From the IMG/VR virus record IMGVR_UViG_3300020247_000249: a DNA stretch of 57,744 nucleotides, one strand, 5' to 3'. Positions 1 through 8,251 of this stretch are shown here, in pieces. The DNA is from an uncultured virus (IMG/VR IMGVR_UViG_3300020247_000249) (taxonomy: Duplodnaviria; Heunggongvirae; Uroviricota; Caudoviricetes). The position numbers and the translations under genes were made by a program. The first letter of the stretch is position 1. Every line of letters starts with the position of its first letter. Below the pieces are notes generated by a model. It did no database searches and was not told the origin of the DNA. It was given only the letters and a program-made list of their open reading frames with translations.

Positions 1-720
1 AAAACAGTAAAATTTGATCCTAAAGGATTTGACTTTGCAAAACATTTTGCTCAAATGAAAATAACACAAGCACACGCTCGTAAAATTATGAATCTGTATG
101 AGCCTGAACTTAAAGAAATACGAGAAGTACTTAATCCACCCAAGTTAAAGAAAACTGCAACTGAACTTGAAATTGACTATGCAAAACAATTACAAGAAGC
201 ATATGAGTTCTCGAACAAAAAAGAACTTAAGAACTTACTAACAGCACTAGAAAGAATATATGGTGGTTGTCAGGTTGTTATTGATTCAAGTAAAGCAAAA
301 CGTAAACCACGTAAACGTAAAGTGTACAGTGCAGACAAACTGGTAGCAAAACTGAAGTACAAAAAATCAGATGACAAATATCAACTTGCTAGTATTAATC
401 CAGAGGATATTATCAAGTGCAATGAGCTATGGGTGTTTAACTGTAAAACACGTAAGATAGGGAAATACATAGCAGAAATACAAGACCCACAAGGACTACA
501 GCGTGAGGGCAGTGGACTTAGTGTAAAAGGTACAACTATTACAGGATTTAAAGAATCTGAAAGTATACAGAAGACACTACGTAAACCAGAAGAACAACTA
601 AAACAGTTCAAAGATAGTGGTAAAGTCAAGTTGAGATCATTCCTAGATGACATTAAAGCAGTGGACATAAAGCTCAACGGTCGGATAAATAATGATATAA
701 TCTTGCTGAAAGTACAATAA
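1..720 (+). CDS. Hypothetical phage protein, 5'-truncated by window edge
   Basis: Frame is open from base 1 into the ORF-track ATG at 55; basic C-terminal domain (ELWVFNCKTRK...GLSVKGTTITGF...KTLRKPEEQL...NGRIN). Confidence 0.75.
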   Translation, partial: KTVKFDPKGFDFAKHFAQMKITQAHARKIMNLYEPELKEIREVLNPPKLKKTATELEIDYAKQLQEAYEFSNKKELKNLLTALERIYGGCQVVIDSSKAKRKPRKRKVYSADKLVAKLKYKKSDDKYQLASINPEDIIKCNELWVFNCKTRKIGKYIAEIQDPQGLQREGSGLSVKGTTITGFKESESIQKTLRKPEEQLKQFKDSGKVKLRSFLDDIKAVDIKLNGRINNDIILLKVQ

Positions 721-742
721 ACCGGCTTTTCTGTATAAAGGA

Positions 743-748
743 TAAATA
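743..748 (+). promoter_or_regulatory. T4-like late promoter core TAAATA, leaderless
   Basis: TAAATA-CTAAT-ATG(754), no SD. Confidence 0.65.
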
Positions 749-753
749 CTAAT

Positions 754-1569
754 ATGGACAATACGAGACTTAATCAAGCCCTAACTGAGCTAGAATCAGC
801 TTTAACATCAGACGGTGGATGGGCATCAAATCAGTCAATTAAATTCACTACCGATATCAACGGTAAAGGTCTTTTCTGGGCGGGTAAAGACTACACTAAA
901 CAATTATCTTATATGGAAGATACAAAGAGTATCTTTTCAACAGAGAATATTGACCTTGCAAAAAATAAAGCAATTAAAGTAAACAATTTAGAAGTACTAT
1001 CACTAGACACACTAGGAACTAGTGTAGTAAACAGTAATTTAAAATCAGTTGGTAGATTAAGAGGCTTAGTAGTAGACGGCGATATTTCAATCAATCAATA
1101 CATTTACTTTGACTCAGGTACAGATAGATTAGGTATTGGTACTGAACAACCAAATGCTGCTGTAGGTATAGCAGAAGATGGTGTAGAAATTATTATGGGT
1201 ACAGATGAGTCAACAAAAGGATTTGTTGGCACATTTGGTAGTCATCAATTAGACGTAAAAACAGACAATCAAGTTAGAATAACTGTAGAAGCTGGTGGTG
1301 ATGTACGCATTGCTAAAGACGGCTTTGTTGGAGGCAAACTAGCAGTAGGAGTTTCCAACCCAGACAGCACAGTTGACTTGCATGTTAGGGGCGCAATTAA
1401 ATTCAACAATGCACTTCATATCAATGGCGTTGAAGCACCACAAGGTGGTAACTTCAATCAAGGTGATATTTGCTGGAACTCAAGAGCAAGACAGAAGTCA
1501 TACATTGGTTGGGTTTGTATCCAAGCAGGTAACCCTGGCATATGGGCACCGTTTGGAGAAATCAGGTAA
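754..1569 (+). CDS. Virion structural / short tail-fibre-like protein
   Basis: Beta-strand fibre repeats (RLGIGTEQP, LAVGVSNP, LHVRG); C-terminal GDICWNS...GWVCIQAGNPGIWAPFG fibre-tip-like motif; late promoter. Confidence 0.65.
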   Translation: MDNTRLNQALTELESALTSDGGWASNQSIKFTTDINGKGLFWAGKDYTKQLSYMEDTKSIFSTENIDLAKNKAIKVNNLEVLSLDTLGTSVVNSNLKSVGRLRGLVVDGDISINQYIYFDSGTDRLGIGTEQPNAAVGIAEDGVEIIMGTDESTKGFVGTFGSHQLDVKTDNQVRITVEAGGDVRIAKDGFVGGKLAVGVSNPDSTVDLHVRGAIKFNNALHINGVEAPQGGNFNQGDICWNSRARQKSYIGWVCIQAGNPGIWAPFGEIR

Positions 1570-1575
1570 CACGGA

Positions 1576-2187
1576 GTGTCCGGGACTTTAGTTTTAGGTA
1601 ACGGAGAAAGTCGCAAAGGGCTAGATATCGCCCGCATTTACCCAAATTACGAAATAGTAGGCTGCAACGCAGTACATAGAGATATGGCTGTTGATCATCT
1701 TGTGTGTTGCGATAGGCGCATGGTACTTGAAGCAGTCGATGGAGAGAACACAAAGAACACTAAGATATATGTTCGAGGTGAAAACTATCAATACTTTCGT
1801 AAAATTCGAAAAGATAAAAGAATAAATTCTGTTCCTTACATAACACCTAAAGACGAACAAAAACACAATCAACCAATCAATTGGGGAAGTGGTCCGTATG
1901 CTGTTTTACTTGCAGCAACTCTTGAATCAGATAATATTACACTGCTAGGGTTTGATCTTTACGGCAACAATCATAAAGTTAATAATTTGTATAAAGGTAC
2001 AAACAACTATGCTGATGCTGACACACATCCAATTGATCCTAGTTTCTGGAAAATACAAATTGGCGAAGTGTTTAAAAATCATCCTCACAAAAAATTTACA
2101 ATAAAAAATATGCATGAATGGGACTTCCCGCCTATTTGGCAAAAGCCTAATGTTCATTTTGAACAATTTTATAAATCAATATCTTGA
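1576..2187 (+). CDS. Sialyltransferase/Maf-like (GT29/GT42/DUF115-type) glycosyltransferase-fold protein
   Basis: LVLGNGES, IVGCN, D-x-LVCCD, WGSGPYA, ITLLGFD motifs; GTG start. Confidence 0.55.
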   Translation: MSGTLVLGNGESRKGLDIARIYPNYEIVGCNAVHRDMAVDHLVCCDRRMVLEAVDGENTKNTKIYVRGENYQYFRKIRKDKRINSVPYITPKDEQKHNQPINWGSGPYAVLLAATLESDNITLLGFDLYGNNHKVNNLYKGTNNYADADTHPIDPSFWKIQIGEVFKNHPHKKFTIKNMHEWDFPPIWQKPNVHFEQFYKSIS

Positions 2188-2211
2188 CAAACAATCTAAT
2201 TAGTGTATAAT
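2184..2211 (+). promoter_or_regulatory. Sigma70-type promoter upstream of queD
   Basis: TTGACA-N16-TATAAT. Confidence 0.7.
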
Positions 2212-2227
2212 TACTAATATGTTTAAC

Positions 2228-2274
2228 AAGGTCTTAGCGTCAACCCTTCTAATTCTGCCGCTCATATATAGGAG
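2228..2274 (+). promoter_or_regulatory. Candidate structured 5' leader (small pseudoknot) of queD
   Basis: AAGG/CCTT stem; loop AGCGTCA can pair with downstream TGCCGCT (6 of 7 bp); SD AGGAG at 2270. Confidence 0.4.
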
Positions 2275-2282
2275 ATAAAAAT

Positions 2283-2732
2283 ATGGGAAAATACTTTAGT
2301 ACAAAAACTTATGGTCATAACATTGGCCTTAGTGCGGTGTTTAGGCAGCCGAACGCAGATCATTCACATTGTCATTTGCTACACGGTTATAGTTTAGCAT
2401 TTAAATTTACTTTTGGATGTAATGATCTAGATAATAAAAATTGGGCAGTTGACTTTGGTGGACTTAAACCGCTGAAGGCTTGGCTTGAAGATAGTTTTGA
2501 TCACAAAACTTGTATTGATAAAATAGATCCAATGAAAGATGAACTGCTACGTTTAGAAACATTAGGACTTGCAGAGATTAGACAATTCGATGGTGTTGGT
2601 GCAGAAAAATTTGCGGAACATGCATTTAACTTTGCGAACGATTTAATTAGAGAAAAAACAAATCATCGTTGTTATTGTGTAAGTGTTGAATGTTCAGAGC
2701 ATGGTGCCAATTCAGCAATCTACGAAGGATAG
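2283..2732 (+). CDS. queD: 6-carboxy-5,6,7,8-tetrahydropterin synthase (QueD/PTPS family)
   Basis: CHLLHGY motif, VDFGGLK, FDHK, GAEKFA, E-HGANSAIY; SD AGGAG. Confidence 0.85.
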   Translation: MGKYFSTKTYGHNIGLSAVFRQPNADHSHCHLLHGYSLAFKFTFGCNDLDNKNWAVDFGGLKPLKAWLEDSFDHKTCIDKIDPMKDELLRLETLGLAEIRQFDGVGAEKFAEHAFNFANDLIREKTNHRCYCVSVECSEHGANSAIYEG

Positions 2733-2738
2733 TAAATT

Positions 2739-3506
2739 ATGAGAATAATCGCAGGACCATGTCAGCATGAAACACTGACTGACAGTGCAATGATTGCAAA
2801 AGAGTGTAAACGTGTTTGCGACAAACACGGCATTGAATATTATTTCAAAGCCAGTTTTGATAAAGCAAATAGATCTAGCATCAAAGGAATACGTGGTGTT
2901 GGTATGGATGCAACACTTACTGACTTTGAAGCAATTAAAGAACAGTTCGGTGTAAACACAATTACTGATGTACACACTGTAGAACAAATTGATTACATTA
3001 CTGAAGCATATAATGATGTAGTTGATGCATTACAAATTCCTGCGTTCTTATGTAGACAAACAGATTTAGTAAAGGCTGCTTGTGCTACAGATAAGATTGT
3101 TAATATTAAGAAAGGTCAGTTCCTTGCACCCTGGGATGTTGAAAGCATTTTAACAAAAACAGAAGGTGCCAAAGAAGTATGGATAACAGAAAGGGGAACA
3201 AGTTTTGGATACAATACACTTGTTGTTGACTTTACCGGCTTGGACTATATGCTTAATAATTACAGCACTCCTATTGTGCTTGACGCCACCCACGCAGTAC
3301 AGAAACCAGGTGGTAATGGAAGTAGTAGCGGCGGCAATAGGGATTACGTTCCTGGCTTATGTAGGGCAGGTAGTGCTTTGGGTATTAGAAATTTCTTTTT
3401 AGAAGTACATACTGATCCAGATAACGCACCAAGCGATGGTCCAAATGCACTTCATTTACATGACTTTGAATCTGTCGTTGACAGCATAGTTCGTCATGCC
3501 GAGTAG
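2739..3506 (+). CDS. kdsA: 3-deoxy-8-phosphooctulonate (KDO-8-P) synthase
   Basis: IAGPC, FKASFDKANRSS, QIPAFLCRQTDL, NIKKGQFLAP, ERGTSFGY, DATHAVQ, SDGPN. Confidence 0.95.
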   Translation: MRIIAGPCQHETLTDSAMIAKECKRVCDKHGIEYYFKASFDKANRSSIKGIRGVGMDATLTDFEAIKEQFGVNTITDVHTVEQIDYITEAYNDVVDALQIPAFLCRQTDLVKAACATDKIVNIKKGQFLAPWDVESILTKTEGAKEVWITERGTSFGYNTLVVDFTGLDYMLNNYSTPIVLDATHAVQKPGGNGSSSGGNRDYVPGLCRAGSALGIRNFFLEVHTDPDNAPSDGPNALHLHDFESVVDSIVRHAE

Positions 3507-3512
3507 CAATGA

Positions 3513-4328
3513 ATGGCATTAGAAAATCACAACTTCACAAAAGAAGAACGTAAAGCACAAAAGAGAGCTAGGCGTTTAGAAAAAGAACTTCGTAAGAGTC
3601 AAGCTCTTAGAGAGAACAATCAGCATGGTCCTGTTACACAAATTCTTTGTGTACGCTTTGGCAACAAATACGGAAATGAATATGTTATAAAGTTACGTGA
3701 TATGGTTGCAAGACATATTACTGTGCCATATCGTTTTAACTGTTTAACAGATGATCCTAAGCCACTAGAGGGTGTAAACAATATTGTTATACCTAATAAA
3801 GGTTACCAAAGAGGTTGGTGGCACAAAGTTCATATGTTTGATCCTAGTCTTCCTTTAGAAGGTAGAATATTATATATGGATTTAGATGTTGTTATTCATA
3901 ACAATATTGATAAACTGTGCAATGTTTGGTTAGATGACTTTATGGGCATTAGAGATTTTAATAGAAAGTTCCATCCAAACTACAAGTATCTAAACAGTTC
4001 TGTTATGGCTTGGAATGCTAGAACACAATCTCATGTTTACCAAAACTTTATGGCTAATCCAGCACAAGCACAAAGACTTCATGGTGATCAAGATTGGATT
4101 TGGCAAAATTGCAGAGAAGTTCTTAAGTTTTGGCCTGAAGAATGGGTTATGAGTTATAAATGGGAAATACGAGATAAGAGTGAGCTTCATATGAAAGACG
4201 GACAAAGACAGTTTAAAACTGTTAGAGATGACGTAGTTCCTCCAAAAGAAAATTCTATTATGGTTTTTCATGGTGATCCAAATCCTGGACAAGTAAAAGA
4301 TAAGTTAATCATTGACAACTGGAAATAA
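3513..4328 (+). CDS. Glycosyltransferase (GT-A fold, GT8-like) with basic N-terminal extension
   Basis: CVRFGNKYG, CLTDD, GWWHKV, LYMDLDVVI (DxD), NSSVM, GDQDWI, FHGDPNP. Confidence 0.8.
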   Translation: MALENHNFTKEERKAQKRARRLEKELRKSQALRENNQHGPVTQILCVRFGNKYGNEYVIKLRDMVARHITVPYRFNCLTDDPKPLEGVNNIVIPNKGYQRGWWHKVHMFDPSLPLEGRILYMDLDVVIHNNIDKLCNVWLDDFMGIRDFNRKFHPNYKYLNSSVMAWNARTQSHVYQNFMANPAQAQRLHGDQDWIWQNCREVLKFWPEEWVMSYKWEIRDKSELHMKDGQRQFKTVRDDVVPPKENSIMVFHGDPNPGQVKDKLIIDNWK

Positions 4329-4340
4329 TGACTGTATACT
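4312..4340 (+). promoter_or_regulatory. Sigma70-type promoter, leaderless
   Basis: TTGACA-N17-TATACT-N6-ATG(4347). Confidence 0.75.
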
Positions 4341-4346
4341 GTAAGT

Positions 4347-5171
4347 ATGTTTAGTTTTAGAAAGAAAAAATCTTGGTTACGTTTCTACTCATTAGATCCT
4401 AATGTAGCAGAATTGTATCCTATTGAGCCTGCTGGTAAGGCAGAACGTGATTTCAACGATGTTGGAACACGTAGAGTAAGACCTGAAAGCGGCAATCAAC
4501 TTTCTAAAAACTGTCCTGGCATTAAGCCGCTTATGAAGTCAGGATATATTATGAGAGCTCCTGCAGATTTTACAATTGCTACAGGTCCTAATGTAGACGG
4601 TGGCATTGGTTGGGAAGTTCCTTTTCAGTTTGTAAAACCTAGCACAGGAAATTACAATATAAAAGGTTGGGAATATTATATCAACTGGCATGCACCTTGG
4701 CAAACTGAGCCACTTATTCCTCATGACACTGATAACACAAACAAGCCTTACTTAAATTCAGCAGTTAAAGTTGAAACACCTTGGCGTGTAAAAGCAAGTG
4801 AAGATATGTTGCTGTTACAAATGCCAGTGTCCTATAACAACGAAACAAGATTTACGGCTGCATATGGCATAGTTGATCCTATGTACATGCATGCCATTCC
4901 AATTCAATTATTTTGGCATATACTAGAAGGTAAAACATTAGTTAAAGCAGGTACTCCACTTGCACAGTTTGTACCTATTAGTAGAAGTATGCTACACGAT
5001 CATGAGATTATTATTGACGAAGCAGGTGATCTCGAAAAAGATATTGAAGATGCATTTACATATGCTAATCATCATAAGTTTGCAAACACAGACAATGTTG
5101 TTGCAAAGGTAAAACGTATTAAACAACTGTTTGATCGTTTTCGTAAAAAAAATCCTAATGCTAAAATTTAG
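4347..5171 (+). CDS. Hypothetical protein (possibly dUTPase-like beta-clip, DUF6065-like)
   Basis: CPGIK...GYI..AP, TPWRV, GIVD, AGTPLAQFVP motifs. Confidence 0.7.
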   Translation: MFSFRKKKSWLRFYSLDPNVAELYPIEPAGKAERDFNDVGTRRVRPESGNQLSKNCPGIKPLMKSGYIMRAPADFTIATGPNVDGGIGWEVPFQFVKPSTGNYNIKGWEYYINWHAPWQTEPLIPHDTDNTNKPYLNSAVKVETPWRVKASEDMLLLQMPVSYNNETRFTAAYGIVDPMYMHAIPIQLFWHILEGKTLVKAGTPLAQFVPISRSMLHDHEIIIDEAGDLEKDIEDAFTYANHHKFANTDNVVAKVKRIKQLFDRFRKKNPNAKI

Positions 5172-5183
5172 AGAAAGGAAAAT

Positions 5184-5324
5184 ATGCTTAACGTAATACT
5201 AAAAGTACTAGCCATAATTGTTTTGCTAGAGTTAGCAATTGTTTATGGTTCTCAAGTGTATGACGAATACATGTTCTGGGAACAGTATAACCGATTTTAT
5301 ACTGACATTCCGTTGGAGGAATAA
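5184..5324 (+). CDS. Small membrane protein (46 aa), not in ORF track
   Basis: SD AAGGA; MLNVILKVLAIIVLLELAIVYGSQVYDEYMFWEQYNRFYTDIPLEE; fills the gap between neighbours. Confidence 0.7.
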   Translation: MLNVILKVLAIIVLLELAIVYGSQVYDEYMFWEQYNRFYTDIPLEE

Positions 5325-5327
5325 TCA

Positions 5328-6065
5328 TTGCTAAAGTTTATATTTGATGTAGACGGTACATTGACGCCAAGTCGTCAAAAGATGGACGAAGAGTTCTCAA
5401 AATTCTTCTTTGACTTTTGCACAGAAAACAAAGTTTACCTTGTTACAGGCAGTGACAAAGACAAAACTGTTGAACAAGTAGGTAATGTTATTTACGGCTT
5501 GGCTAGACGTGCTTATAATTGTAGTGGTGCTGACGTATATGAATCATCTAAAAACGTTAGGCGAAGCGATTGGAAACTTCCTCATTCAGCAAAAACTTTC
5601 TTATTAGATAAACTAGAAGAAAGTGAATTCCCACTTAGAACAGGACTACACATTGAAGAACGTCCTGGCATGATTAACTTCAGTGTTGTAGGTCGCAATG
5701 CTACAATGGGCGAACGTAAGTTATATGCAAAGTATGATACCAAACATAACGAGCGTAACATAATTGCTGACTTATTCAACAAAGAATTCCCTTATATGAA
5801 AGCAACAGTAGGCGGAGAAACAGGTTTAGACATTGCACCTCATGGGTCAGACAAAAGTCAAATACTTTCAGACTTTGATAAAGACGATAGTATATTGTTC
5901 TTTGGTGATCGTTGTGATCCTGCAGGAAATGACTTTCCTATTGCAGAAGCACTAAAACAAAACTTCAAACGTTCAAAGATTTATCATGTTAACGATTGGA
6001 AAGAAACATTTAGAATATTGAGAGATCCTCGATTGACTTACAACTTAGAAGATAGTATACTATAA
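5328..6065 (+). CDS. HAD-IIB hydrolase, eukaryotic-type phosphomannomutase-like
   Basis: FDVDGTLTPSRQKM, VTGSD, IEERPGMINFSVVGRNA, GGETGLDI, FFGDRCDPAGNDFPI; TTG start with GGAGG. Confidence 0.85.
   Translation: MLKFIFDVDGTLTPSRQKMDEEFSKFFFDFCTENKVYLVTGSDKDKTVEQVGNVIYGLARRAYNCSGADVYESSKNVRRSDWKLPHSAKTFLLDKLEESEFPLRTGLHIEERPGMINFSVVGRNATMGERKLYAKYDTKHNERNIIADLFNKEFPYMKATVGGETGLDIAPHGSDKSQILSDFDKDDSILFFGDRCDPAGNDFPIAEALKQNFKRSKIYHVNDWKETFRILRDPRLTYNLEDSIL
6033..6061 (+). promoter_or_regulatory. Sigma70-type promoter, leaderless
   Basis: TTGACT-N17-TATACT-N6-ATG(6068). Confidence 0.75.
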
Positions 6066-6067
6066 GT

Positions 6068-7117
6068 ATGAATAAGAGAATAGGCTTTGCCTGCAAATAC
6101 ATGTGGCACGATCAAACGCAGAAGAAAAAACTGCTAGAAGAAATTCAACGACCACTAAATACACGCAGTACAACAGTGCAGTGGCTCAACAGGCAGACAC
6201 GTGGTGATGCCGAACAACGCTTGTGGGACATTATGGTTCACAACATACAGAGCTACGCTAATCTGATAGAGTACGTAGGGAGTTTGCCCGATGAATTGCG
6301 AATGGTACGACTGGGTAGTGATGTACTTCCTGTTTATACTGAGCCTACTTGGGGCTATTTTTGGCGTAAGCCGGATGTCCGCAAATACTGCGAAACACAC
6401 TTTGCACCGATCGGTGAGAGAGCAAGAGCCCTCGATGTCCGACTATCGATGCACCCAGGCCAATTTACTGTACTTGCGAGCGACAACCCCGAGATTGTAG
6501 AGAGGAGCATAGAAGAATTTGAATATCACACCGATGTCATCAGGTGGATGGGATACGGGAAGTCCTTCCAGGACTTCAAGTGCAATGTCCACATATCCGG
6601 TCGCCAAGGTCCAGCCGGTATCAAACACGCAGTTGACAAGAGACTTTCTCCAGAAGCGAGAAATTGCATTACGATCGAGAACGATGAGATGTCATGGGGC
6701 ATCGACGCAAGCCTCGAACTTGTTGACACATGCGCATTGGTATTGGACATACACCATCACTGGGTCCGTACAGGCGAATATATACGTCCCACCGACGATA
6801 GATATCTACGCATGATAGATTCGTGGCGTGGTGTACGACCTGTGATACATTATTCATACAGTCGAGACGAATGGTTACCGCAAGACTTTGCACACGACAC
6901 AATGCCTAATATGGAACAGTTACTAGAGGCAGGCTACAAAAAGCAAAAACTTAGAGCCCACAGTGATTACTATCCTAACAATACAGTTAATGACTGGGCT
7001 TTGTCCTTCCGTGACTCGGCAGATATTATGTGTGAAAGCAAGGCAAAGAATCTTGCTAGTAAGGCTTTATACGAATATGATTTAAGCCGAGAAGCTCTCG
7101 CCGCAACCGCAGCTTGA
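6068..7117 (+). CDS. uvsE: UV damage endonuclease UvsE/UVDE
   Basis: RIGFAC, RLGSD, RLSMHPGQF, IENDE, LDIHHH, RAHSDY, DIMCESKAK. Confidence 0.92.
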   Translation: MNKRIGFACKYMWHDQTQKKKLLEEIQRPLNTRSTTVQWLNRQTRGDAEQRLWDIMVHNIQSYANLIEYVGSLPDELRMVRLGSDVLPVYTEPTWGYFWRKPDVRKYCETHFAPIGERARALDVRLSMHPGQFTVLASDNPEIVERSIEEFEYHTDVIRWMGYGKSFQDFKCNVHISGRQGPAGIKHAVDKRLSPEARNCITIENDEMSWGIDASLELVDTCALVLDIHHHWVRTGEYIRPTDDRYLRMIDSWRGVRPVIHYSYSRDEWLPQDFAHDTMPNMEQLLEAGYKKQKLRAHSDYYPNNTVNDWALSFRDSADIMCESKAKNLASKALYEYDLSREALAATAA

Positions 7118-7414
7118 TGTTGCGTTAGGGTTTTTAATTACAAGTTGAGAACCAAATACTTCCTTAATAAAATCAATCTCAGTACCTGCAACATACATTA
7201 TACTAAATTGATCTATAGCGAATTGGCCGTTTGGTAGGTCAATTATTTCATCTTTTTCTTCTAATTCTTCAGTCATGGCCCACTCATAACCGAAACCGGC
7301 ACACCCACCGCCTTTGACACTGAGTCTGACGATGGGTTTACCTTGTTCATCTATCAGCTTGGTCATATGATCGACCGCTGATTGAGTTAGTTTAACTAGT
7401 CCTGCTTTTTCCAT
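7082..7414 (-). CDS. iscA: A-type Fe-S cluster carrier (IscA/SufA/ErpA)
   Basis: GGGCAGFGY and NPNATSSCGCGESFS; start moved to ATG 7414. Confidence 0.92.
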   Translation of the reverse strand: MEKAGLVKLTQSAVDHMTKLIDEQGKPIVRLSVKGGGCAGFGYEWAMTEELEEKDEIIDLPNGQFAIDQFSIMYVAGTEIDFIKEVFGSQLVIKNPNATSSCGCGESFSA

Positions 7415-7566
7415 AGTGTCCAAATACCATACCCGATGGCTGCATAGGCTGCTAATTTCGCAAAAGGTCCTGCGATTAAAACAACTACTCCAACACCAAT
7501 TAGAACTGCACCGTCCCATGATGTTCTTTCTTCTAGTCTGTCTTTTACCCAATTAATAGGATTCAT
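7396..7566 (-). CDS. Small membrane protein (holin-like topology)
   Basis: SD AAGGAG; MNPINWVKDRLEERTSWDG followed by two hydrophobic segments. Confidence 0.7.
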   Translation of the reverse strand: MNPINWVKDRLEERTSWDGAVLIGVGVVVLIAGPFAKLAAYAAIGYGIWTLWKKQD

Positions 7567-7567
7567 A

Positions 7568-8131
7568 TTATTCTCCTTGTATGCGGTCATTGATTACTGA
7601 CCAATTTATAATCTTCCAAATATTTGCAAGGTACTTTGATTTATCTGCTTGATAATCTAAAGCCCATGCATGTTCCCACCAATCAACTAACAATGCAATT
7701 TTCATACCACGCTTGTAACTGTGATTTTTAATTGTTTTGATTCGTCCTTTGGTATCAAGATACAACCAACCTGAACCTTGAATGCCCATGGCCACCTTTG
7801 AAAACTCTTCTTTAAAGTTTTCAAAAGAACCAAAATTGCTATCAATAAGTTCTTTAGATATCCCTGTAGGTTTATTACCAACAGAAACAGGTTGTAACTG
7901 AGGGAAAAACAAATTATGTAACTTTGCGCCTCCATAATTGAAATCATCATCGCCGTCTTTGTCGTTGTATCTTTTAACATACGCTGACGCAAGTTTGCCA
8001 TAATGATAATCAAGTGTGTCGCTGCTCATTACTTCCAGCTCATTCTTTTCATAGGGCAATTTTTCTTGCACTAAGTTTTCACGAGCTGTATCTGCTTCAA
8101 TGACTATTTCTCTGTATAATTTTATGGTCAT
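7568..8131 (-). CDS. sod: Fe/Mn superoxide dismutase, compact, with N-terminal extension
   Basis: LPYEKNELE, DYHYGK, HNLFF, QGSGW, DWWEHAWALDY; leaderless ATG 4 nt after TAAATA. Confidence 0.9.
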   Translation of the reverse strand: MTIKLYREIVIEADTARENLVQEKLPYEKNELEVMSSDTLDYHYGKLASAYVKRYNDKDGDDDFNYGGAKLHNLFFPQLQPVSVGNKPTGISKELIDSNFGSFENFKEEFSKVAMGIQGSGWLYLDTKGRIKTIKNHSYKRGMKIALLVDWWEHAWALDYQADKSKYLANIWKIINWSVINDRIQGE

Positions 8132-8135
8132 ACTG

Positions 8136-8143
8136 TATTTATA
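8136..8143 (-). promoter_or_regulatory. Late promoter TATAAATA for sod
   Basis: Minus strand reads GTATAAATA-CAGT-ATG. Confidence 0.7.
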
Positions 8144-8187
8144 CACTTAGGGCTGTCATAAAATATAAAAGAGATAAAAATCATGGC

Positions 8188-8229
8188 TAAATACAATTGG
8201 TTGACAACTTCACTAAGTTGTTGTATAAT
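8188..8229 (+). promoter_or_regulatory. Tandem late (TAAATA 8188) and sigma70 (TTGACA-N17-TATAAT 8201-8229) promoters of iscU, with inverted repeat
   Basis: Perfect consensus hexamers; ACAACTT-CACT-AAGTTGT palindrome overlapping the -35 and spacer. Confidence 0.7.
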
Positions 8230-8251
8230 AAACGAAAAATCACATTACATT

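Noticed and set aside
6100..6900. Locally higher GC in uvsE as a mobile element
   Set aside because: No terminal repeats or transposase; at most a recent gene acquisition, which I cannot quantify by eye
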